From a virus (taxonomy: Duplodnaviria > Caudoviricetes), in IMG/VR virus record IMGVR_UViG_3300032259_000002, positions 13,013 through 77,012 of that record: a stretch of 64,000 bases of DNA; one strand, 5' to 3'. The first letter of the stretch is position 1; each line of letters opens with the position of its first letter. Of this stretch, positions 10,191 to 18,764 are shown in pieces. The position numbers and the translations under genes were made by a program. The notes beneath the pieces were generated by a model. It searched no databases. It was not told where the DNA came from and worked only from the letters and a program-made list of their open reading frames with translations.

Positions 10191-10601
10191 TTAAACAGTT
10201 CCTTTATCTGTTTCATAAAAGTTTTTATAAATCAAAGACCATCCCTGTAATTCTTGATCAGAATCTACTACAAAAAGTTCAGAGGTAAGTCTATAAAGAT
10301 TTTCTACAAACTCAGTAGCCACATATCTTGCATAAATAGCAGAATTTACTTTATCAAGAAGATCCTCCATGTCAGCACCACGAGCCCATACCTGAACGAT
10401 GATTTCCCAATCCCAGGATTCCTGTCCATACTTAAATTCAGCTCTTCTCTCTGCTCCAGAAAAAATCCATATAGCTGGTAACTTGGTATCCTGTAAATCA
10501 CGGGTATCCAATTTATTCACTTCTACCGAAACAATATCTGCCGGAACCAAAGTATTAAGAGCCGTTTCATAATGACCTAAAATAGTAGTTCTTGTGCTCA
10601 T
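10191..10601 (-). CDS. Putative tail terminator protein
   Basis: 136 aa; LPAIWIFSGAE...WEIIVQVW pattern and position directly upstream of the tube gene. Confidence 0.6.
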   Translation of the reverse strand: MSTRTTILGHYETALNTLVPADIVSVEVNKLDTRDLQDTKLPAIWIFSGAERRAEFKYGQESWDWEIIVQVWARGADMEDLLDKVNSAIYARYVATEFVENLYRLTSELFVVDSDQELQGWSLIYKNFYETDKGTV

Positions 10602-11209
10602 AAGGTATCTCCTAAAGTTTTACTTATGGCTTTTCTATAATCGGTAGCTATTCTTTTTATATTCTTTGCTAAAATATCTTCTGGGTGCACCCTTGTTGGT
10701 ACTTCCACTTCTTTTAATAACAAAAAGAAGGGCTCAATCGCTGCCTTTGATACTCTAGCCAAAATAAGATTGCCCTTTCTTGATCGAATAGGTGTTAAAT
10801 CCGGGACAGCTCTTGGAGAGCTATATTTAGGTACTCCTGCTGCTGATAAAGCGGCTCCTATGGGAATAGCCAGGTAATCACTGGTAATAGGTTTTATTTT
10901 AGTTACTTGTCCCTTTTTTCCCACATGAGTTCTGGCATAAGAAGAAGCAAAGCGGGTACCGCCTTTCATTTTTTGACTATAGGCAATAGGTTTTATGGGT
11001 ATAGTTAATCTTCTTAAAGATCCAGATCTTACTGCTAATCTCGTAGCAGAAGTTCCTCCCGTTAAATGATTCTTTACAATATAATTGGTCAGTTTGTCAC
11101 TCTGCCTTTTTGTTTCACTCAATAAGGCATTTTCTAATTCTGGTGTAAGTTTATCCAGTTTTAGAATTAAACCATTATCTTTTATTTGTATAAAATCTGT
11201 CTCAGCCAT
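10598..11209 (-). CDS. Putative neck/tail-completion protein
   Basis: 203 aa, basic, RSGSLRR motif; position between head-tail connector and terminator. Confidence 0.55.
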   Translation of the reverse strand: MAETDFIQIKDNGLILKLDKLTPELENALLSETKRQSDKLTNYIVKNHLTGGTSATRLAVRSGSLRRLTIPIKPIAYSQKMKGGTRFASSYARTHVGKKGQVTKIKPITSDYLAIPIGAALSAAGVPKYSSPRAVPDLTPIRSRKGNLILARVSKAAIEPFFLLLKEVEVPTRVHPEDILAKNIKRIATDYRKAISKTLGDTL

Positions 11210-11210
11210 T

Positions 11211-11780
11211 TTATCTCCTATCTCCTATCTTTCTATGGGGTAAGAGTGAATTTTTAACATTAGGGAGTAAATCAATTGCTTTCACATAATTTATATTTCC
11301 ATCTGGGGTATTGACACCAGAAGAACCAAGATCTCTTCTTCTTTTAAAGGCATAAGCACACTGCTGAATACAAGCCTGCTTTATATCATCCGGTACTGCT
11401 AAAACACCAGCAGCCTCGGCATAACCACCTGTCCATGATATCTTGATAATCTTTGGACGGTATTTCATAGTCTCGTAAGTAAACTCAATAAGACCTTCAT
11501 CTTCAAAAATATAATAATCGCTATCAGCAGTTTGAACAGAATCATCTTCCTCTATTATCGGTGCTGGGCTGGGGTTAATAGGGTAAGCCGGGAGGTAATA
11601 GTACCTCCGGCCACCAGAAAAATAATCTACTCTAGCTTCTTCCTTCAATTTTCTATTTAAAAACGTTTCTATTTGAGAACTCACATGTGGTATAATTTGA
11701 TTAAACAAAGTATCGAAACCAGTACCATCTTGTTCCAAGAATGTTTTTAAATCATCAAGAGAAATTAGCTGAATAGACAT
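11211..11780 (-). CDS. Head-tail connector/adaptor protein
   Basis: LISLDDLKTFL...IETFLNRKL...WTGGY...VPDDIKQACI is typical of gp6/gp15-like connectors. Confidence 0.8.
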   Translation of the reverse strand: MSIQLISLDDLKTFLEQDGTGFDTLFNQIIPHVSSQIETFLNRKLKEEARVDYFSGGRRYYYLPAYPINPSPAPIIEEDDSVQTADSDYYIFEDEGLIEFTYETMKYRPKIIKISWTGGYAEAAGVLAVPDDIKQACIQQCAYAFKRRRDLGSSGVNTPDGNINYVKAIDLLPNVKNSLLPHRKIGDRR

Positions 11781-11783
11781 TTT

Positions 11784-12137
11784 TTACCCTCTTTTCTTTC
11801 TTTTAGAACTTTTAACAGCTCTATCTTTTTTTGGAGAAGCTACCGCCTCGTTTTCTGTATCGGGATCTTCCTCTTCCTCTTCTTCCTCTCCTACTTCTAC
11901 TTCTTCAGAAGAATCTTCTTTTTCGTCATCCTTACTATCTTCTTCCAAGGTCACCTCTTCTACCGAATCCTCTGGTTTATCTGAAGACTCTTGTTTCTGG
12001 GAATCTTTCAGAACTTCCACTTTCCACTTTTGAGAATTAACCTCTTCAGGAGTAGCATCTGCGATAATACTACCATCACCAACAGAAATACCATTACTAC
12101 GAAAGAACTGATAACCTTTTCTTACTTTTACTCTCAT
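11784..12137 (-). CDS. Small acidic low-complexity protein
   Basis: 117 aa, Glu/Asp-rich centre and basic tail. Confidence 0.6.
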   Translation of the reverse strand: MRVKVRKGYQFFRSNGISVGDGSIIADATPEEVNSQKWKVEVLKDSQKQESSDKPEDSVEEVTLEEDSKDDEKEDSSEEVEVGEEEEEEEDPDTENEAVASPKKDRAVKSSKRKKRG

Positions 12138-12167
12138 TTTTCTCTCCCTTCTTTTTATCTTGTTTAT

Positions 12168-12203
12168 AAAAAAGAGAGGGGCTTATCTCATCCCCTCTCT
12201 TTT
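12168..12203 (-). terminator. Rho-independent terminator
   Basis: aaaagagagggg/cccctctctttt stem followed by a T run on the minus strand. Confidence 0.75.
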
Positions 12204-12230
12204 AGGGACTTTATACTATCTTAATAAAAC

Positions 12231-12638
12231 TTAAACAGCCGGCAAAATGTTAGACTGGGCCAGAGCACAAGTTGCCGCCTTAAGTAACGTTGGAGATGAT
12301 CCACCTGTAAAGGTAACCGTAGAGGAAAGACGAAGATACCTTTTTCTGCTTCTCAAATCCATGTTAAGCTCGTTCTCCTGACCAGCAGCAGGATCTTGAA
12401 CTGCCAGAGTAGCGCCAGTAACGGCAGCAGCATCAGACAAATCAGAAGCATCCCCTTCTTCGATGATAACAGCATCATCTACCTGGGTAGGGCTTCCTCC
12501 TGTGGCTCCGTAGAGCATGGCAAAAACACAGCTATCGAATCCAAGAGTATCGATGATGTTACCAGCATCCAAGGTGCCGGAATCACTCTGAGGATCAAGA
12601 GCATTTAATACTTTAATTTCTCCACCTGCTTCTTTCAT
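12231..12638 (-). CDS. Putative head decoration/capsid accessory protein
   Basis: 135 aa, small-residue rich, directly after the major capsid gene. Confidence 0.55.
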   Translation of the reverse strand: MKEAGGEIKVLNALDPQSDSGTLDAGNIIDTLGFDSCVFAMLYGATGGSPTQVDDAVIIEEGDASDLSDAAAVTGATLAVQDPAAGQENELNMDLRSRKRYLRLSSTVTFTGGSSPTLLKAATCALAQSNILPAV

Positions 12639-12672
12639 AATTTACTCCTTCCTTTTATCTATTAAAAATTTG

Positions 12673-12705
12673 ATTAACCGGGGATTAATATTAATCCCCG
12701 GTTAA
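12673..12705 (-). terminator. Hairpin after the major capsid gene
   Basis: attaaccgggatta-atat-taatccccggttaat inverted repeat with one bulge. Confidence 0.55.
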
Positions 12706-12713
12706 TAGGTTAA

Positions 12714-13925
12714 TTAAACAGTTTCAGCATCATTTACCAAACAGAAGCTTTTCGCATGCCTGAGGGCAATATCAACTTCCTGAATTACTCTGATCCAGGT
12801 CTGTACCTTCTGGAAAGCATCAGAGGTTTCGCTGGAAGCCATGAACTCAAGACCTCCCCACTGACCAATAATGAGTTCCTGCCAGTTACCAAGGTAAACT
12901 TCAGAAAGATTGGTACCACCACCCTTTGCAAGATTTGTTGGAATCTGGCTGGTAGCAGAAAGAGGATAACCAAGCTGCTCGGCAAGAGCTGCATCGGACA
13001 TGATCGGATTGAAAATATACTCACCATCTGTCTGAGCAGAATACTGAGCAATCCTGATCCTCTTCAGCTTTCTTTTTACCTTACCATGCATGATGTAACC
13101 AATACGACCATCAAGGGCATTCTCATCTTCCAGCTTACCTTCCATATCGGAAGCAACGTCCCAATCAAAAAGACCGCCGTTCGCGCCGATGGCCACCGTA
13201 TTGATTCCTGGAGTATTTGCGATACCCATTGGCTGATTGGCAGAACCAGATCCACGAAGAGCAGCAAGGTCAATTGCAAGGGCAATAACCTGGGCAAGAT
13301 CCCTTCTTACCATCGCTTCACCTGAAGGATTGGAAAGATTCATGAACCTGTTAGACATCTTCACCATTGCGGCTACCTGCTTGGGAGTCAAATTGAGCTG
13401 ACCAAAAGCTTGCTGACTTTCAGTAATATCAGCATTCTCTCCTACCCAATAGGCAGTTGCTCCACCATCCTGTCTTGGAATCTCAACAGGAGAACCTACC
13501 AGCCCATCAAGGACGGTAGCACCCATTCCAATTACAACAGATTTCGCTCTGAGGATTTCGATGATTTCAGCAATATACTGGCTGGGAACGATATAACCGC
13601 CAGCAGACCCGGTTCCAGTCTCAAGAGCCCTCTTTCTGGTCTGATCGAAAACTTCCTTCTCAAAACCAGACTTATCCCAGTCATTTGTAGCAATGCCGTA
13701 GAAAGCCTTGAGGAAAGAAAACTGCTCCTTACCTTCATCAACACCGGGAAGATCAATCAGCTTGCTATGCTTCTGCTTGATACTTGTTTCTATAGCAGCA
13801 AGTCTGGTCTCCAGCTCCTCGATCTTATCAAGAGCCTTCATCTTCTCTTCCATTGTAGTTTTTTGATCCCCCAGCATCTTCTCTGTTGCCTGAATTGCTG
13901 CCAGAATTTCTGCAATTTTATCCAT
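12714..13925 (-). CDS. Major capsid protein, HK97 fold, with N-terminal coiled-coil delta domain
   Basis: GGYIVPSQY, IPRQDGGATAYWVGEN, FGQLNLTPKQVAAMVKMS, DLAALRGSG; strong RBS AAAGGAGG. Confidence 0.95.
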   Translation of the reverse strand: MDKIAEILAAIQATEKMLGDQKTTMEEKMKALDKIEELETRLAAIETSIKQKHSKLIDLPGVDEGKEQFSFLKAFYGIATNDWDKSGFEKEVFDQTRKRALETGTGSAGGYIVPSQYIAEIIEILRAKSVVIGMGATVLDGLVGSPVEIPRQDGGATAYWVGENADITESQQAFGQLNLTPKQVAAMVKMSNRFMNLSNPSGEAMVRRDLAQVIALAIDLAALRGSGSANQPMGIANTPGINTVAIGANGGLFDWDVASDMEGKLEDENALDGRIGYIMHGKVKRKLKRIRIAQYSAQTDGEYIFNPIMSDAALAEQLGYPLSATSQIPTNLAKGGGTNLSEVYLGNWQELIIGQWGGLEFMASSETSDAFQKVQTWIRVIQEVDIALRHAKSFCLVNDAETV

Positions 13926-14065
13926 TTATTAAATCCTCCTTTATTTTTTGTTTAGTTAAGGTTTATGTATTAATAGTATTTTTGATATTTATTCCAAATC
14001 GTCTTTTGAGTAGATATATGCTCGCTTAAGGCTACCAATAAAGGTATATGCTCTTTTTCGGCTAC

Positions 14066-15784
14066 CTATTCTCCTGAGATCTTGGAATTCATATCATTAA
14101 TACCGTCCAATATTTTTTCAAATTGTCCTTCTACTTCTTTTTTAGTATCCTCCTTATCCAGTATTTCAACTTCCAAATCATGTACCACCGATTTAAGAGC
14201 TTCAATTTCTGAGACAAAGCCTTTTACTTTATCCTCAAAATCTTTGTTCATTTTTAAAGACATATCTTCGAAGGTCTTTACTGCCTCTTTAATAATGGAG
14301 TCTATCTGGGCTATTCCTTTTTCAACAGAATCCTCTACTTGATCCAAAGTAAGAGAACTTACTGTATCTTCTATTCCAGAAAGATTTTTTATCAAAGCAA
14401 GGGCTGTGTCTCCATCTTTGCAGCCAGAAACAACATCCTCCATACTCTCATAAAGTTTAAACTCGGGTACCTCTTTATCAAATTCTTTGTAATGTTTGGA
14501 AAGATGGTTGTATATTCCTTTTCTATCAGCTTCGGGAACATCCACCCCGTCTCTGGCACCAAGGAGGGCTCCCATAGCAGCAGCCGTTCCTCTCCAATGA
14601 GTTTTAAGCTCGCCATCCACTACATCATGATGGGGAAGTTTATAAGCCCCGAAGTTCTTAGAATCTTCAGAATCAACCCAGGTAAATCCTTTAGAATATT
14701 TAGACCAATCAATGTTGTCCTTATCAGGTCCTCCTGCCCAAAGTCTCATTCTTCTAGATGCTCTTGCTCCATTCCAAGAAGCTCCTTCATCCATGAGGGA
14801 ATAGCTCTTAAAAGGTATGACCCCCTTAACCTCTTTATCAACTTTACCTTCTTCCTCAGATTTCCCCTCTATATCGGTATCAAGCTCTTCCCCTTCGTCT
14901 GATACCTCTTCTTCATTATCTGCCTGAGTATCGACGTTCTTTTCGCTTGTATTCGGGATTTCTTCACCTTGATCAGAGCCCTCTTCCGAATCTTGGGCCG
15001 TCTTCTCAGATTTCCCCTCTACCTCAAGATCTTCTTCAATCAGCTCTTCCCCATTAAGAGATCTTACTTTATTCAAAATGGTATCAAGACCTTCTTCCTG
15101 TTTTTTATCCCCTGACCACTCAAATCCTTTTGTCACAGTATCAGCATCTTCTGTTTCAAAGAACTTTTTAAACTTCTCAAGATTCTCTGTTACCTTCGAA
15201 TAGATATCTTTAAGTATTGGATCTTCCTGGATCTCTTTGCTATCCAATCCTTTTTGAAGACCATTAGCATTTGCAGGTACAAGAACCTGACTATTCTCAA
15301 GAAGCTCTACCTCGGTGTAAATTAATCTAATATCCTGCATCTGCTTTTTACTATAACCAAGTTCCTTGGCTAAATCTTCGAATCCATCATCTCCTTTTCT
15401 CAGCCAGCTATGAGGAATAAACCCTACTGAATAAGCAGCAATGCCTTCTTCTGCTAAAAAGAATCCCCAATCTGCTTCCGGATTACCCTTGCCAACAAAA
15501 TATTGCATCTTGGCTTCAAGCTCTCCATTGGAATTAACGCCAATCTTCTTTGACTTACCGATCTGATTAAGAAGATTATAATAATTGTGAGACGAAAGAA
15601 GTACCGGATGCTTTTTATAATTCCCCAATCTCTTTGTCCAAGCTTTGGGGTGAATAACTTCTCTGTATCTATCAATACTGGCATCAGACATAGTAACGTC
15701 AACTGTAAACTCCTCAGAGTCTACGCTCCTCACCTTTCCCATAAAGATTCTTTTCTGCTTATCCATTAAATACCTCCTCTTCAA
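14066..15784 (-). CDS. Prohead maturation protease (HK97-type) with acidic linker, extra domain and scaffold-like tail
   Basis: IDRYREVI, PVLLSSHN (His), AAYSVGF (Ser), LLENSQVLVPANANG; followed by an E/D-rich linker and a WNGARA...YKLPHHD...GARDGV domain. Confidence 0.85.
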   Translation of the reverse strand: MKRRYLMDKQKRIFMGKVRSVDSEEFTVDVTMSDASIDRYREVIHPKAWTKRLGNYKKHPVLLSSHNYYNLLNQIGKSKKIGVNSNGELEAKMQYFVGKGNPEADWGFFLAEEGIAAYSVGFIPHSWLRKGDDGFEDLAKELGYSKKQMQDIRLIYTEVELLENSQVLVPANANGLQKGLDSKEIQEDPILKDIYSKVTENLEKFKKFFETEDADTVTKGFEWSGDKKQEEGLDTILNKVRSLNGEELIEEDLEVEGKSEKTAQDSEEGSDQGEEIPNTSEKNVDTQADNEEEVSDEGEELDTDIEGKSEEEGKVDKEVKGVIPFKSYSLMDEGASWNGARASRRMRLWAGGPDKDNIDWSKYSKGFTWVDSEDSKNFGAYKLPHHDVVDGELKTHWRGTAAAMGALLGARDGVDVPEADRKGIYNHLSKHYKEFDKEVPEFKLYESMEDVVSGCKDGDTALALIKNLSGIEDTVSSLTLDQVEDSVEKGIAQIDSIIKEAVKTFEDMSLKMNKDFEDKVKGFVSEIEALKSVVHDLEVEILDKEDTKKEVEGQFEKILDGINDMNSKISGE

Positions 15785-15795
15785 TTCTTAATTTT

Positions 15796-15972
15796 TTAAT
15801 GACTCAGTTCCGAAATAAAATAGTTCAATCCTTCTTTATATTTTTTACTATTCTTATCATAAACAAAATACCTATTTCCCATAATAATGACTTCTACTGG
15901 TTTAGAGAAATCCGGAAGCTCGCATTGCCCTATGTAAGTATTTCCCAGATCATATAGTTTTACTTTCTGCAT
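15796..15972 (-). CDS. Small hypothetical protein (58 aa, below the track cutoff)
   Basis: Hand translation MQKVKLYDLGNTYIGQCELPDFSKPVEV...SELSH; starts 2 nt after the upstream stop. Confidence 0.5.
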   Translation of the reverse strand: MQKVKLYDLGNTYIGQCELPDFSKPVEVIIMGNRYFVYDKNSKKYKEGLNYFISELSH

Positions 15973-15974
15973 CT

Positions 15975-16163
15975 TTACTTAAACAATCTCCTTTGTTTAG
16001 GACTCAGGTCTTTTTTACATGACCAGCAAGTAGAATCACTTTTTCTAATAAAAGCATTACAATGCGGGCAATGCTCTTCGGTCTCTTTTGAAAAGGTATT
16101 GGTGAAGCCTCTTCTGAAATTGTTATTAACCGGCATTTGATTGCATGGAAAATCTTTATCCAT
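15975..16163 (-). CDS. Small zinc-ribbon protein
   Basis: CPHC-x9-CWSC motif. Confidence 0.55.
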   Translation of the reverse strand: MDKDFPCNQMPVNNNFRRGFTNTFSKETEEHCPHCNAFIRKSDSTCWSCKKDLSPKQRRLFK

Positions 16164-16353
16164 TATTCGCCTCCTCTAATTCTACAAAATCCGCTACTTT
16201 ATCATGAGCCTGGCTAAGCAGGTTAATCGCATCGGTAAGCAATGGATGAGCCCCCGCCCCTTCGACTGCTTCCATTGCTTTCCTTATTGCTTTTTCAGCA
16301 GGAGTGTACAAATCCATTCTATCTCTCCTTGGTATTCCATCAATCATCTTCAT
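16156..16353 (-). CDS. Small hypothetical protein
   Basis: 65 aa, helical, coupled to its neighbours. Confidence 0.6.
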   Translation of the reverse strand: MKMIDGIPRRDRMDLYTPAEKAIRKAMEAVEGAGAHPLLTDAINLLSQAHDKVADFVELEEANNG

Positions 16354-16360
16354 TTGTTTT

Positions 16361-16585
16361 TTACCTCATTATTTTGTTATTTATTAATTCATCGTTATAA
16401 CTAATAAACTCAACAAAATCTAAATCCACTTTTGCTATCATTGATTCAATAAGAATCAAGGCTATGGTAGTACCATTAATAGAGCCAAATCCTATAAAGA
16501 CACCTTCTTCGATTTCCCCACTCGCGTATACCGGATCTTTAATAACGCATTTTGTTCCTTCTGGTATTAATTGACTTTTAAGCAT
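16361..16585 (-). CDS. Small hypothetical protein
   Basis: 74 aa directly after the portal stop. Confidence 0.55.
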   Translation of the reverse strand: MLKSQLIPEGTKCVIKDPVYASGEIEEGVFIGFGSINGTTIALILIESMIAKVDLDFVEFISYNDELINNKIMR

Positions 16586-18736
16586 TTATCTCACCACCGG
16601 TAAAGTTATGCATCTACAATTTATTACTTCAGCAGCAGGAGCACCCATATCAGTTGGGTACTTCAAAGGAGAAAGCTGGCCTACCCTTATTCCTTTTACA
16701 TACCTAAACTTTTTACCTATCTCTGCTACTGCTCCATGCAGATCATCATGGGTATCCCTAACATGCTCATCCAATGCTGTAAACCATTCATGCTCGGTTA
16801 CTCCCTGTTTAAGCATATTTTCAAATCGGCCGGCATTAATCATAGAAGCTGATTCAGTTCTTGCTATGGTGGTAGCTCTACTTATTGCAAAGTTATAAAC
16901 ACCTTTTACCCTATCTGATAACTGGGCCACTGTTTCCCCGGCGGCTATTCCTTCCGTTAAAGTAGTTCTTAACCCGTTCTCTACCGTGGTTAACATTTCA
17001 GGTGTTATCTTTGTTATTCTAATTTCCTGATACTTAAGAAAACTTGGATCTAATGGCTCGAAAGTAAAATCAACATCAAGCTCGTCCGCTATCATCTCAG
17101 CCCCTACCTGCATTGCCACCGAATATAATGGCAATAAGGCCTTCTCTGCTTCTTTTAATTCTTTCTGCTTATCAAAAACATCATCTGTCAGGGCTCTTAC
17201 TATTCCTGGGGTATAGTCCTTTTTAAAATAGTCATTAAGATTAGTAAGAACCCTTACCCTCTGCTCCATAAAGTATCTTCTTATCTTGCTCTTAAATTTC
17301 AACTCAATAGGTAGCTGCTTATCAAGGAATTGTTTCCATAGCAACTTTTCCTTTTCAGTGGGTTCCCTCTCTTCTTGTTTGGACTCAATAAGTTTGGTTG
17401 GCTCTTCCTTTACTTTGATCTCTTTAAATTCAGCAGGAATAGATGTTAGTTTTTTATTACTTCTAAAAGCTATCGATTTTTCCTCTTCTGTTTCCTGTTC
17501 GGAACTGCTGCCAATCGGTAAAGTGTTTGCTGGAAGAAAACCAACATCTCCCCAGGCAACCTCCTCCATACCAAGATCAAGTCTTTTATTTATGGCATTA
17601 AGGGGGTATCCCATTTTGAAAAGCTTCTCTGCATTATCTACTTTATCCGTAAAGCCTTCTTTAAGAGCAGATACCCCGCTGATATCAAACTCACCCCATA
17701 CATTACCAGCATCAATAAATTTCAAAAACTTGGAGGTAATCACTCCCTGCAAATAGGATTGCCTGGGAAGCAAGGTTCCTTCCCAGAAAGCTTTCATGGC
17801 TGCTTCCTGTCCTTCAAAACTTTTAACATCCTCAAAGAATCCCAATACTACATCATTTGTTCCGTAGGCAGTGAAGATCTCTTTCTTATTCATTTTCTTG
17901 GATTCAATAAAATCCATGTCCTTCTGTGAGAGCTTTGTTTCTTTAAACTTTCCACCATTCTCCAGAAGACCTATCCGGTGAGCCCTGGTCACTCCCTGAT
18001 GCCTGTCATTTATATAATTCAGTAATCTGGAAAACTGGCTATCAGTGAGAGATTTATCTAATTCTACAAAACCACTTATAGCAGCACCTTCTTTAAAGAA
18101 AGTTCTGTTATACACATTGGCAAAGTAATCTTGATCAGCTATTACGGCAATTGATCGATAAGGAGCTATTCCCCTGAGCGGATTATCTGGATTAAAATAC
18201 TTATAATGAACTATCTCATGTAACTGAAAAGGTATCTTTGTTTTTCCATTACTGTATACCCATCCTATCAATTCTGTTTTCTCTTTATTAAAAGCCGGCT
18301 GCATTCTAAGAGGATCTATGACAAGGATCTGTTCCGGAATAGCTGCAACATGGGGCCTTTCTATTACCCAAAAAGCTTCGCCCCTCAAGTCAAGGTAGGT
18401 CTGGGTAGCTTCCCATAATTGTTCAGAGGTTAAATGTGAGTTAGGATTATCAAATAAATCTACTAATTCCCCTTCTGTTATTTCCACCTTTTCATCATCA
18501 TTGCCCTTGGTATAAAATTTAAAAGGTGTTCCGGATATATTAGTAGATATTTTCTTTACTGAAGCATATACCCAGACAGATTGAGAGTAAGGTTGAGTTA
18601 TTCCCTGGGAAGCTCCCGCCAACTGACTAAATGATTTCCAAAAGGATTCGTCCCCGGCTAAGTGGGTAGGGCCGGCTTTCTTTTCATAACCAAAAGCTCC
18701 TGCAATCCTACTTCCTATTCCTGTAAATAAACTCAA
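16586..18736 (-). CDS. Portal protein (HK97-type) fused to a MuF/head-morphogenesis domain
   Basis: Portal motifs VYASVKKIS, LRGEAFW, EIVHYKYFNP...RGIAP, LLENGGKF; C-terminal RATTIARTE...HEW...VRDTH...EVINCRC is MuF. Confidence 0.9.
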   Translation of the reverse strand: MSLFTGIGSRIAGAFGYEKKAGPTHLAGDESFWKSFSQLAGASQGITQPYSQSVWVYASVKKISTNISGTPFKFYTKGNDDEKVEITEGELVDLFDNPNSHLTSEQLWEATQTYLDLRGEAFWVIERPHVAAIPEQILVIDPLRMQPAFNKEKTELIGWVYSNGKTKIPFQLHEIVHYKYFNPDNPLRGIAPYRSIAVIADQDYFANVYNRTFFKEGAAISGFVELDKSLTDSQFSRLLNYINDRHQGVTRAHRIGLLENGGKFKETKLSQKDMDFIESKKMNKKEIFTAYGTNDVVLGFFEDVKSFEGQEAAMKAFWEGTLLPRQSYLQGVITSKFLKFIDAGNVWGEFDISGVSALKEGFTDKVDNAEKLFKMGYPLNAINKRLDLGMEEVAWGDVGFLPANTLPIGSSSEQETEEEKSIAFRSNKKLTSIPAEFKEIKVKEEPTKLIESKQEEREPTEKEKLLWKQFLDKQLPIELKFKSKIRRYFMEQRVRVLTNLNDYFKKDYTPGIVRALTDDVFDKQKELKEAEKALLPLYSVAMQVGAEMIADELDVDFTFEPLDPSFLKYQEIRITKITPEMLTTVENGLRTTLTEGIAAGETVAQLSDRVKGVYNFAISRATTIARTESASMINAGRFENMLKQGVTEHEWFTALDEHVRDTHDDLHGAVAEIGKKFRYVKGIRVGQLSPLKYPTDMGAPAAEVINCRCITLPVVR

Positions 18737-18764
18737 TCTAATACCTCCTTAATAATAACTGCTA

